64,000 bases of DNA from IMG/VR virus record IMGVR_UViG_3300035670_000038, positions 67,303 to 131,302 of that record. One strand, written 5' to 3'. Under the pieces are notes generated by a model. The model was not told where the DNA came from. It saw only the letters and a list, made by a program, of their open reading frames with translations, and made no database searches. The position numbers and the translations under genes were made by a program. Origin of the DNA: a virus. Below, piece after piece: positions 21,765-33,319 of the stretch (position 1 is the stretch's first letter; the number at the start of each line of letters is the position of its first letter).

Positions 21765-22144
21765 TTCGTGTTTCTCCGTAGTGTAGTGGGATGATTGTAA
21801 TATAATACTATATCCCAGGACCACAAGCCCCCGATTGTAACGATTTCATTAGGGATGAGAACCATTCTCAACCGTTTTATCACGGTTTTATCATTTTGGA
21901 AAAAGCGAAAACCCCTAGACGGAGTGACTAGGGGTTTTCTATTCGTGCCGCTCGTATTAGATGAGGGTCATCAAAAGATTTCCCATCCCTACATACGTCC
22001 CATAGCGGTCACGCGTTTCGTTCGATTTTGTATAATACTTTCCCTTATATGTTCCGTTCCTATCTCGAAGCTCTTGATAGTCAGAGTAGATATAGAGGGT
22101 TCCCATCAATTGACCGTGGCGGTCACGAAGCTCTTGCGTAGACA

Positions 22145-22981
22145 TTAGACCCCCTTGGTGAGAAGGACTCGTGCGATAGACTCCCACCGCGTGGGGTTAT
22201 CCTTTGCCAGACCACACAGCTTCATCAGAGTGCGGATAGACAACTCGCGGAGTGAATCACGATGCACCTTTAGGAAGGAAAGAATTGGAGTGCGAAGATG
22301 ATTCGGGACATCCTCACGGTCGAAGATACGACCACTCGACGCGATGTGTTCCACCCACACACCCAATTCGTTTCGATTGTGGAGTCGAAGGTCAAGATAC
22401 AGACTCCGCGACATCAACGCCTCGAAGTGTTGTGCGTACTTGTTCTTACCCTCATCCACAAAAGTCTGAAAGTCAAGATTCGAAATAAAAATCATCGCAC
22501 CGTTGAACTCGAAACTCTGCGGGATGTCGTTCTCACGAAGCTGGGGAGCCTCCTTCATATACGACACCTTACGCGTCGAGGAAGTATCACACAGCGCCTT
22601 CAAGATGTTCAACGCGTCCTCATCGTTGAAGATAGAGTCTGCATCGTCGAGGACGATAACATTCCCTGGCTTACGATACTGATACGCCAACATATAGAGA
22701 TGAAGGGCGGACATAGACCCACGAACAATCTCGTGCGGAACATCGGCGTGTTCCAGAATGTTCTCGACGGTGTAGGTCTTACCGACACCAGGTGCGCCCG
22801 TCACCACCATCGCCCGAATGTTCTTGGCGATTGCACCCTTGGTCAAGAGTGAGAGGATATCGAACCGCTCCTTCAAATCGGTAAGAATCTGAGAATCACT
22901 ACGAACCTTCGGCTTCGACGCCTCACGGGCGGCGATGTCCGCCTTAGAGGGGCGACCACGCTTCACGACACGAATAGACAT
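22145..22981 (-). CDS. phage P-loop ATPase
   Basis: Walker A GAPGVGKT, Walker B IVLDDAD, FISN, ALMSR. Confidence 0.8.
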   Translation of the reverse strand: MSIRVVKRGRPSKADIAAREASKPKVRSDSQILTDLKERFDILSLLTKGAIAKNIRAMVVTGAPGVGKTYTVENILEHADVPHEIVRGSMSALHLYMLAYQYRKPGNVIVLDDADSIFNDEDALNILKALCDTSSTRKVSYMKEAPQLRENDIPQSFEFNGAMIFISNLDFQTFVDEGKNKYAQHFEALMSRSLYLDLRLHNRNELGVWVEHIASSGRIFDREDVPNHLRTPILSFLKVHRDSLRELSIRTLMKLCGLAKDNPTRWESIARVLLTKGV

Positions 22982-25900
22982 TTAGAAATCTCCGTTGGGA
23001 TTGGGAATTTGTAATATAACTAACTTACCTACGAAAGTCAAGCCCCTGCGACCTCTCCCACCTCGCCATCTCCTCGCGGTCGAGGTCGGAACATTCCACC
23101 GAACAGAACATCGCTTCCGAATGGTCGGGGAGTGGGGTCTTACAATGTTCACACTTCTTTTTCATTTTCATTTCCGATTAGACGTTAGACCAGAACACTT
23201 GATTCCCACGACGAACCTTCTTGAAGAACCCGTGACGAACCCCATAGTTGAAGAGGTAGGTACCCCAACCAGAGGTGACGTAGTTAGTACCAGTATGGGG
23301 ATAGTAGGTGTGTGAGTTGTCGAGGATACGACCAAACACATCTCGAAGGATTTCCGCCTTAGTCGCCTCACCCTTCACCGAAAGGTAATCACGAACACGA
23401 TTTAAACGGGAATTCGGATTGTAAATAGACTTGGAAAAATTCAAACCGTTGGGGGCGGTCAGATGGGAAGGGACCGACGAAAGGGAACGACCATAACCAT
23501 AACCAAACATTTTGAAACTCCGTAGAAAAGGGATAAAGGTAATATAACACAATATCCCCAAACCACAAGAGGAAACCCGCCCCGTTACAATTCCGTTACA
23601 ATTGGACAAGAGCTGGACAAGTTATCCACATCACAAATATTAAAACGTGGAAAACTATGTGGATAAGTTTTATCATCATTTCTTGTAGTTTTATCATCCG
23701 CGCAAATTTAAACCCCCCCTGCGGATTTGCAGGGAGGGTTCCCGTATCGTGGGGAACGTCGAGGTTTTTTATTAGAGGGAACCTGGAACGGAAACCCTCG
23801 TTAGCGTTAACTGGTGGGGGAGGTTCTGTGACCCTTACGCGCCCACCACAACGCCCGTATCTTTTTTACCGATGGGTGAAAGACATATGCACCCCATTGG
23901 TGTCCCACTTTAGTTTGCGGAGGCTTCGGAACCTACGCTTTGCACCATTTCGATTAGGTTCCACCTTGCGGCGGTTGTCGGTCAGACTCCCAACGGGGGA
24001 GGTGTTCCCGCGGGACGGCTGACGGGTCGGGAGGCTGTCGTACATCTCGTCCAAATCGTCGTAGTTAATCATAAAAGGAAATCTAATGGGTTGTGGTGTG
24101 TTTGTCAAGCCTGCGAGGCAAATTCGTTGATGAACGAAAGCTGGTCCTCATTCACATGCGGCAGTCTTGCCACCGACACCAACCCAAAAGTCTCCCGCGT
24201 TGCGTCAAGGTCAAGAAGCTCCGGCCAATCCCAATAGTCGGGACCATTCGACATATCCTCTGTGGTGGTGTATTCCAGTACGATGCGATAGGTCTTAGCC
24301 ATTAGACATTCTCCAAAAGGTCGGGGTAAACATCCTTCACATCAGAATACAACTGCTCGTCGGTCAACTCATTCAACTGCTCATCCAACGTATCGAACGC
24401 GTACTGCACCAAATCCTTGATGTCCATAGTATCCACGATACGGGAGATGTACGCTTCCTGCAACTTGTGCCGATAGGGGCGGTTATCCATATACTGCTCG
24501 AAGGCGTTGGTCATCTTACTTCCCCTCTTGGATGTTGGTGATAGACGTTAGAAGGAGGCGGTCATAGTAGTCCGCCATCTCCGTCATCTGCTTCCCACCG
24601 CGGGTGCGCATCTCGAAAATCATACCCGAAACCATAGAACCGAAATACCCTGCGGCGTAGGAGTAGTCCCCATATCGCTCGCGGGAAACATCGGTCATCT
24701 TGGTCACTGCATCATAGGTGTTGCTCATCATTTTCTCCGTTTGGTGTGTATTGTAATATAACCTTTTATTAGGTCGGTGTCAAGCGTCGAACCCCGCGTA
24801 CTCGTACCCGTCCAGGTCGTGCCCGTACATCCACTCCGATTCCCGCTCCATGCGGTCGGTGTCGATGGGGGAACCCGAATCCTCCTCATACGCGAGGTCA
24901 TCGTAATCCGCGTCATACTTAAAACGAAACGCCTCCATCTCCGCCTGCGCCTCCGCCTCACACACAGCGGAACAGAAGAACTCGGAACCGATGAACGAGC
25001 CAACCTCGTTCTCGTTGCAGACGGGGCAAATCGGGATGTGGTAGGACATTTTGTTCTCCATTGAAGTTATACTAAATATAACCCTATATCTGGGGGACAC
25101 AAGGGGGCAGGGGGTCTGTTACAATTCCGTTACAATTGGACAAGATTGGACTATGGGTACAACCCTTGTCCAGCGTTTTATCACGCGGTTTTGGGCATAA
25201 AAAACCCCACCTTCGGAGGGTGGGGAAATCCCATAGGGTTTTTTTAATTCTGAATTGCGGTCAAAAGCTTCGTTAACTGTAACTTCTCCCAGCTCAACTC
25301 CGCATGCTTCCTATTCAATGCGTCCAGCTCATCGTCAATCGCCTTGATACGGACGGGGGCGTGTTCCTCAACAACCTTGACGATGTTAAACCCATGACCC
25401 AACCCCTCTTGCGGGTCAAAGTGGGGAAGGGGAAGAGAGTGAATAGGATTCTCTGCTGTGATTGACTCCATCACCCTTTCCCTACTGACGGGCTTCTTCT
25501 TACCGAAGAGTGGGGTCATTACGCGACCACCTTACGCGGACGGCCACGCTTCTTGTACCCAGCCGTAATCTGAGCCTCAGCCTCCAGGTGGGCCTTCTCA
25601 GCATCGGTCCCAGCCTTGGGGGAACCCGTATAACCAGACCAATCATACTGCGACACCGTATCAAGAGTACCAAAGGTACGCCGCGGGTTAATCTGAGCCC
25701 ACGACTTGATGCCGTAGATGATCCACGAATTGCGGTCAACCATATACCGACCAAGCTTCTGTACATCCGTCTGCACGTAGACCTTATCGAACTTACGACC
25801 AGTCTCTACCTGCCACTTGTCACCCTTGACGCCAACGTTCTGAGTCATAAGAGCCTTAACGAAAGCCTCAACCTTCTGCGAATACTCGACAGCCTTATCC

Positions 25901-27084
25901 ATTTTAGTTTGCCTCCCACAAGTTATTAAAGAACTTGTATAGTGTTTTCCTACTCTAGTGAATAACCTTCGTGTTATTACACTTTTCCTAACATACTAAA
26001 TATACCCACTAAATACCAGTTTGTCAAGCCCCTACAATTTCTTTTACCTTTTCGTACTTATACCACATTAGGGCCATCTGGTAACCAGCGTATAACTCAC
26101 CCTCAATTAAATCTTTATATTCATCAATCTGCTTTAGGTTCAGCGGTGTCTCTTCACCCTCAAACATCACCGATTGCCCGTTGGTCAACTTGGTATGCAT
26201 CTGTTCCAGCATCGGCATCAGAGTCAAGGTGTTGGTCACGACCTCTTCGAATTCATCTTTATACTTCGGGTCACTATCCAACTTGTCCCAGCAAATCTGT
26301 ATCTGCTCTGGGTCATTGATAGCCATCTCTTGGATTTCACGTAGTCGGGTCACTGCTTGTTCTCCTTGTCTGAGTGCTTACACATTCTGCGGAAGGAATA
26401 CCCTGCGCAGCTACACATCCACTTCCCGTTCGGTTGTCGGGTCAAGGTATAGGTTGCACCCCTCGACCCCTGTACCTTCTTCTGCTCTACCTTGACCTTC
26501 TCCACCTTGGGACGGTTCCACGATATCTGGCTCAACGTGGTCCCGTGGGGAACCTCTTTCCAATCTGGCATGATGTAGAGCTTATTTCCAATCTTTGCTA
26601 GTGCGGGACTATGTATCCCATTCGATGTATACTTCATACACCGACCGTTACGGTGACCTTCCCCTCAATGCGAAGCAGAGTAGTGATAATCTTTCGGAGA
26701 TTGTCCACCTGCTTCTGATTCTCTACGGTGACCTTCGTATACTGCGTAGTTCCAGTAGGGAAGGTCAGATGCCGGCGTCTTGCCGCCAACACCTTCGGTC
26801 TAGCATTGTAGAGTTTCGCAAACTTCTTGAATCCCTTCTGTTCGTAGTAGTGATGTCCGTTTTCAAGCATATGACTCTTTGCCAGAATGTCGTGCAGCTT
26901 GTCGGTCACCTCCACACCCTGTAAGTCCCAATATGCCTTTGCATCCGCGGCGTCTCGACGATACTTGAGCGTGGCGGGGTCCACCCCCAACACCTCGGCC
27001 GCCTCTGGGGTTGTGTAGTACCCCGTGATGCGAGCGGGTGCCCGCTTGGTCTTACGGCTGATGGTTGGATTATAAAGTTTCATA

Positions 27085-27264
27085 TTAGAGGTCACGGTTA
27101 GAAGGATTCTCCTCAACCCACCCCATCCAAGCGATAAGGGCATCTCGTGCCTCTCGACGCTCTAGACCTAGTGCGGCCTGAAGGTAGGGAGCCGCCCCGT
27201 ACATGTTGACCTCACCAGACTCGCGGAGGCGATTGAGAAACTCGAACTCAGGACGAATAGCCAT
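27085..27264 (-). CDS. small phage protein (59 aa, not in the ORF track)
   Basis: Manual translation MAIRPEFEFLNRLRESGEVNMYGAAPYLQAALGLERREARDALIAWMGWVEENPSNRDL; GGAG RBS upstream. Confidence 0.65.
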   Translation of the reverse strand: MAIRPEFEFLNRLRESGEVNMYGAAPYLQAALGLERREARDALIAWMGWVEENPSNRDL

Positions 27265-27266
27265 TT

Positions 27267-27659
27267 TTAGTTTTCTCCCGTAATCTTAAAGGTCTGCCAC
27301 TCACCATTCACTCGAAGGTACCCATACTCACACCACGAACCCTTACGGAACCCCAACCACTCTTCAACGTTGGTGTGGACAAGGGCGGACACCCCATTCT
27401 CACCGCGGTCCCGACCATAGAAGGTAGTCATACCCTCCGTGCGGTCATCAAACGGGTTGCGTTCCGTGGGGGAACCGATTTGCTGGTCAATCGAAGAAAT
27501 ATCACCCATATCCAGAAGGCGGTCCAGCTTGTCCTCATCAGAATAGAAATCTCGAAGGATAGTTCCCGCGTGTTCGGGATACCCGTCCCAATGTCCGTAG
27601 ACAGAACGAACCGTCACCCCATCCTCCTGCACCTTACCAACCGTCCATCGCGTAGCCAT
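27267..27659 (-). CDS. conserved-type phage hypothetical protein
   Basis: SVYGHWDGYPEHAG...LLDMGDISS...FYGRDRGE; own promoter. Confidence 0.65.
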   Translation of the reverse strand: MATRWTVGKVQEDGVTVRSVYGHWDGYPEHAGTILRDFYSDEDKLDRLLDMGDISSIDQQIGSPTERNPFDDRTEGMTTFYGRDRGENGVSALVHTNVEEWLGFRKGSWCEYGYLRVNGEWQTFKITGEN

Positions 27660-29256
27660 CGTGTGTCTCCTTAAGTGGTGTTTAGGTAATATAACCTATT
27701 ATCGGTCAGAAGTCAAGGGGGCGTCCCCCATCGTCTTGACCATATCGTTATAGTCATCCGCCAACCCCGCCATCTTCCGTAGCTCAGCGATGGCGACACT
27801 CTTATCCCCAAACTCGTAGACCGCGAGAAGGACAGGGAGGATACCGGTCCAGGTGGGGGTCAGGTCGATAGTCTCAACCTTTTTCGTCTTTTTAGCCATT
27901 AACGAACCCCCCGCTCTTCCAGACACTGCGACACATACTCTAGGTCGGCGGAAGCACAGTCATACTCATACGACCCGAACTCCATCTCTTCCATCATCTC
28001 ATCCAGCTCCTTGTACCACGCCAACATCTCATCCGTGGACATCTGCTTGACCGTCTTAACTTCTAACATTCTGTGTCTCCTTTAGTGGTGTGTATCTAAT
28101 ATAACCTTATTAGTCAGCGTAGTCAAGGGGGTCAAACTGAAAGAACCCCTCAACCCCATCTGGGAACTCTACCGACTGGATCATCTCATCGGTGATAGTA
28201 TCCATATCCCGATAGTCCCATTCGGTATAGTCATTCAGCTCATCCTCACGGATGACCCATTCCCAGTTGTGGTACTTCCCATTCGTGTGAGTGTTGATGA
28301 CAAGGAAGCGGTCACAGGTGGACCAATAGACGATGTTTTTTAGTGTGTTGTTCATATAGGTAATATAAGCTAATAACCCCCCACCCACAAGGGGCGGAGG
28401 GTATTATAACGTAATTGTTACAATTGGACAGGGTTAGGACTAGAAGCTGGACAGGTACACACTCATCCCCAACTGGAAGAGGATAACCCCATAACAGACC
28501 GCCAGCATCTTGTGACCGAATCGGTTGTCAAGGGACGCGGAATGATTGACGGCTGAAAGGAACTCATGGACGTACTTGGTCATGCTGGTCACCTCAAAGA
28601 GAAAGAAAGGAAAAGATACCACCAAAGATGTTCTTCAAGATGAATGACCACATCAGATAGGGAATCATCTTGGTCACTACCTCAAAGACCAACCAACCCA
28701 ACCAGCCTATCAAGAGAAACCAACGGGCTTTCCAGATAAACTCCGTGACTACTTTCACACTCTCTGGGATGTCACGGAACATCTCACCCAGAAAGGCTTG
28801 GAGGGACTTGACTACTGCGTTGAAGGTATATCTCCTTGTTGAAGTGTACCTTTAATATAACCTATTATCGGTAGAACACAAGGGTGTGAATGTAACGAAT
28901 ATGTAACACCGCTGCCCTGCCCCCATCCCATAGACCCCCCTTGACTTTTTAGGGACTAAGGGGGGCGGGGGCGATGAAAGGCGGGGCGGGGAGCCTCTTT
29001 CCGATCCGAGGTCAATTTTTTTCCCTATAGCCCTTTTTTCTATAAAGTATTTAATAGAAAATCCCTAAGCCTTTATTGACTTAGGGATTTCTTTTTTAAC
29101 TTTCTGCTAGGATATCTAGGAGTTCTTCATAGGTGAATTCACACGTACATTTCCCATCTCCGATATCTTCTTTTCGTAAGACAAGTTCTCCATCAATGAC
29201 ATCTCGGAACATTTCAAAATGCTCGTCACAATAGGGACATAGAAAGGTTTGTATAG

Positions 29257-29742
29257 TCATAGTTCAAAATACTCCCATGTATAATACTCTAGGAAATGCT
29301 CTTTGTACCCAACGCTGGTTTTAATAATTCTATTATAGAATTCCTCACGAATGGTAATATTGCGAAGTAGTACACACGCAGTAGCTTCCTTATTAATCTG
29401 GACAAAGATTGCCTCACTATCCTTTGGAAGCCAGTATCCTGCCTTTCTTATCGGGATACGAACTGTCTTAAAGGTTTGCGGACGTTGATGTGAATTCCAC
29501 GATAGTGACCGTTCTACCTCAATAGCAAAGTTTGGATTTTCAACACCAATTAAATCAATCCCATAAATGTTATCGTTCTCTTTGACCGTGTTTGTGGGAT
29601 TGTTCTTGTTCCACCACGTTAATACCTTATTACGAACAAAGGTATCATCGTAATCCTTTTGCAGAGTGTTGCAGCTCTCCTTTTCCTCATTGGAGAGCTG
29701 CTTGCTCGGTTGGTAGGTTTGCGTTGACATATTAATCATCAC
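29257..29742 (-). CDS. putative PD-(D/E)xK nuclease-fold protein
   Basis: YGIDL...IEVE motif spacing. Confidence 0.45.
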   Translation of the reverse strand: MMINMSTQTYQPSKQLSNEEKESCNTLQKDYDDTFVRNKVLTWWNKNNPTNTVKENDNIYGIDLIGVENPNFAIEVERSLSWNSHQRPQTFKTVRIPIRKAGYWLPKDSEAIFVQINKEATACVLLRNITIREEFYNRIIKTSVGYKEHFLEYYTWEYFEL

Positions 29743-31114
29743 TCTTTAAGAGATTAGCCTTCTTGTAGACCAACTGGAGATTGTCTCGCGTGGTCTGACC
29801 ACCCTTCGAGTGGGCGGTGATGTGGTCCAGATGGGTCTTGTTCCCATCAAGAACCTCAATCCACGGGATATCCTTCCCCGTCAGCGGACACCGATGCTCC
29901 TGCACGTTCCAGCAGTAGATGCGGTCACTCCAATCCCCAAACCGCTTCTTGTCCTTCGGAACACTCAACGTTCCCTCAGGGAGTCGGTCGAGTTGCGCAA
30001 TGAGCTGCGACAGTCTGGCCTCACGCACCTCCGCCGTGGTATTACGCTGCGCACCGTAGTAGGTACGTCCGTCCTTACCAAAGGTGATGAAGGTTTTGGT
30101 ATCCTCACGGAGAGCGTTAATCGTGACCACAAACCACTCAAAGAAATCCGACTCATTGATAATCGAAATATTCTGATTGTGGAGATAATCAATTAACATA
30201 ATGAGGTCGAAGAGTGACGCCTTCGACGGAATCCCGCGGGTAGTCCCCGTCTTGGACTCGTACTGACAGATGGCGTCCAAATCCTTCAAGACCTCCTTCA
30301 AGCGACCAAGCTTCTTGGTTTCAAGGGAGTTGTCATCATACGCCGCATCACGATCCTCACGCATGATGTTACTATCGAACCCCTTCGCAATATGGACCAG
30401 AGCTGACACAAGGAATTCCTCGTGAATACGCCGCTGGCAGTTCGGGTCGCTAAAGTAGAGGCGGAGCATCTTCTTGTACTTGTCACCAAGACTCCGAATG
30501 CTGTCCGCCACCTTACACACGATAGCGTTCCGCTTCTCCTGCGGATTAAGAGAAACACCGTTGTTCACCGCAATGAACATATCGTGCAGTTCCTGTCGCG
30601 TGGCGGCGTGCACAATAAACATCGGGATTTCGATGTTACGAATGTGCTCCTTCAACTTGTCAGGAATCCCCTTGAAATTAACATTACTTGAAGGGGTAAA
30701 TGTCATATACTCAGGAATAGTCATTCCCGACATACGATATGAATGGTTCTGCTTCAACTGAAGCAGGTTGTTAAAGTATCGCATGAGAGTGCGAGTACGG
30801 TTATTGCCGTCCACACTAATGTACTTGAAACCCTTGGAATGGAGGTCCGCAAAGTACTTGTAATCGTTACTATCCTTCCCCAAAACTTCCTCGCAATACT
30901 TCATACACGATTCAACGTGTGCAAGGATAACGGGGTTCGGAGTAAATCCGCTAAACACGGAATTAAGATAGGCAAGCATTGCCTGTTTCGACCAACGCTC
31001 AGAGGACTGGAATCCCAGGTCAAGAAAAATCTCTTCCTCATCCTGTCTGGTAGCGAGGTCATTGATGGTCCACGTAGTGGACTCGGTGGTGCTACGCTGT
31101 AGCATCATCATCAT
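29732..31114 (-). CDS. DUF262/ParB-like (GmrSD N-terminal) plus C-terminal HNH protein
   Basis: FQSSERW, SVDGNNR, FIAVNNGVSLNPQEKRNA; C-terminal CPLTG...HLDHITAHSKGGQTTRDNLQL...N. Confidence 0.75.
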   Translation of the reverse strand: MMMMLQRSTTESTTWTINDLATRQDEEEIFLDLGFQSSERWSKQAMLAYLNSVFSGFTPNPVILAHVESCMKYCEEVLGKDSNDYKYFADLHSKGFKYISVDGNNRTRTLMRYFNNLLQLKQNHSYRMSGMTIPEYMTFTPSSNVNFKGIPDKLKEHIRNIEIPMFIVHAATRQELHDMFIAVNNGVSLNPQEKRNAIVCKVADSIRSLGDKYKKMLRLYFSDPNCQRRIHEEFLVSALVHIAKGFDSNIMREDRDAAYDDNSLETKKLGRLKEVLKDLDAICQYESKTGTTRGIPSKASLFDLIMLIDYLHNQNISIINESDFFEWFVVTINALREDTKTFITFGKDGRTYYGAQRNTTAEVREARLSQLIAQLDRLPEGTLSVPKDKKRFGDWSDRIYCWNVQEHRCPLTGKDIPWIEVLDGNKTHLDHITAHSKGGQTTRDNLQLVYKKANLLKSDD

Positions 31115-31276
31115 ACGTAATTCTCCTTTGATTCCCACTTTAAGTATTAGGGAATCATTTGGGTATGTTGTCCGTCACAAGCTCAAGTTGTCGTGACGGC
31201 GTTGGTAACGTACCAACATATGAAGTATACTATATGATAGTTCTGTTGTCAAGTTACCCAAAAAGATTGTTGGGTA

Positions 31277-32311
31277 TTAAATAATTTTTATTAGGGAATC
31301 CCCTTCATTATACTCCCGTACTTCCCCAATAATAGTAGCCGTGGGGACATACGTAATATATTGTTTTACCTTATCACGAGGAACACACACCAATAATCCC
31401 CCCGATGTTTGCGGGTCGGTTAACAACCGAATCATTCGTTCATCAATTCTATCCCATTCCACCTTATCATCTAACCATTTTCTATTTCGTTTCCCCCCAC
31501 CTGTCACAAACTCATCCGTATCCCAGAAGTCAACTACCCCAGGTAGAGTCGGGATATCGTGGATAGTACCCACCTTGATACAGAGTTGCACCTTACTGGC
31601 CCGTGCGATGTGAGAAGCATGCCCAAGGAGACTGAATCCTGTGATATCGGTAGCACACTTAAATCCTAATTCGACTGCCCATCGTGACGCGTTATCATTT
31701 AAGGTAATCATACTTTCGTACATTGTGTCAAGATACTCAGGGATCAAACGACCCCGTTTTGCTGCTGTAGAAAGAATACCTGTACCCAATTTCTTAGTTA
31801 ACACCAACACATCACCCACCTGTGCTCCCTTATTTGACAGAATCTTATCTGGGTGTACAGTACCAGTGACCGACAATCCATATTTCGGTTCTTCGTCAAT
31901 TACCGTATGACCACCCACCAACTTTGCCCCCGCAGCGTGGACCGCATCTTGCCCACCACGGAGAATCTCAGTTAAGACTTCAAGGGGTAATGACTTTTCT
32001 GGAAAGGCGACCACGTTCATCGCAGTGATAGGGGTGCCACCCATAGCATACACATCGGAGAGGGCATTGGTGGCAGCGACTCGACCGAATCGGTACGGGT
32101 CATCCATAATAGGAGCAAAGAAATCTACAGTCTGGACGATGGCGATATCATCGGTCAGCTTATAGACCGCCGCATCGTCAAAGGTTTCTCGACCTACAAG
32201 AAGTCTAGGGTCACTATCTTTTGGAAGTGAGGAAAGGGCCGTGGAGAGTTCTCCAGGCCCCATCTTCGATGCACATCCTGCACATTTTGCATATTCGGTT
32301 AATTTAATCAT
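31277..32311 (-). CDS. selD: selenide, water dikinase (selenophosphate synthetase), Cys form
   Basis: LTEYAKCAGCASK, DDAAVY, QTVDFF, NALSDVYAMGG, GGHT, EPKYGLSVTG, TDITGFSLLGH, DPQTSGGLL. Confidence 0.97.
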   Translation of the reverse strand: MIKLTEYAKCAGCASKMGPGELSTALSSLPKDSDPRLLVGRETFDDAAVYKLTDDIAIVQTVDFFAPIMDDPYRFGRVAATNALSDVYAMGGTPITAMNVVAFPEKSLPLEVLTEILRGGQDAVHAAGAKLVGGHTVIDEEPKYGLSVTGTVHPDKILSNKGAQVGDVLVLTKKLGTGILSTAAKRGRLIPEYLDTMYESMITLNDNASRWAVELGFKCATDITGFSLLGHASHIARASKVQLCIKVGTIHDIPTLPGVVDFWDTDEFVTGGGKRNRKWLDDKVEWDRIDERMIRLLTDPQTSGGLLVCVPRDKVKQYITYVPTATIIGEVREYNEGDSLIKII

Positions 32312-33319
32312 ATCTTGCGTCCTCTGGAATACATCCACGAATTACACCATTTGGTGCAGTTGTATTACTGTCTCCCCACATTGGGTATTTTTTCTGGTCC
32401 AATGTCCACCCGTAAGTAAAGTTCGGAGTAGTACCATACGCACGGGTCATGCCAATAGTTTCGGTTTGTTTAATCTCCCAACACACACCAGGGCGGTTGA
32501 CTGTGAACCACTTGATAGAATCACCACTTACGGTGAACGTATCAATCTTACCAGCCCAACTGGTGTTGGATTCGACGATGACCAAAAACCCCTGCGACTT
32601 AATAATCTCAGGAGCAAAGATGTCCTTACAACCAACAAGTGTAGTGAGTGCAAGGATGATACCAAGTTTCTTCATAAGTGTGACCTCGGTTAATGTGGTG
32701 TATGTAATATACTATAAGATAGTCTCGAAGTCAATGGGCATAAAAATACCCTATATTTTATTATAGGGTATTTATTAATTATTATGGATTATTTAGAATT
32801 CGTTGTCTCTTTTTAATAAATTCTTGACGAAGTTTAAACAATTGTGTTTTTTGCTTTTCCGTTAAGTTGTTCAATCGTTCATTACGACGATATACCATTC
32901 GTGCACGAGGTGGGCGACGATTTCTATCCATACGTTGTCTGTTATTGAATTCGAGTTCTAGTCCAATCCACGGACCCATTCCACGACATTCCCATCGGTT
33001 CCAACAAGGACCACCCACAACAACTGGTGGGTTCATAGGTCTGACACCTGGTGGTCCCATAGGTGGTCTATCTACAGGAGGACGTTGTGGTTCTACTGGT
33101 CTTGGTTCTGCCTTTCGTTGTTCAATGACAACGGGTGGTGGAGATTGACGATTTGGTTCAGGACGTTCAACTCGTTGTTCTCTACGTTCTTCCCCACGTT
33201 GTGGTGCACGAACTTCTTGTGCTCCTGCAATAGTGGTGACCAACATTAAACTAATTAATAATTTCATAGTTTCTCCTATGATTAAGATTTATACGTTAGA
33301 CTATTTTGTACAAGAAACG

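Noticed and set aside
32270-32290. SelD itself as a selenoprotein
   Set aside because: Both residues in CAGC are encoded by TGT; there is no in-frame TGA.
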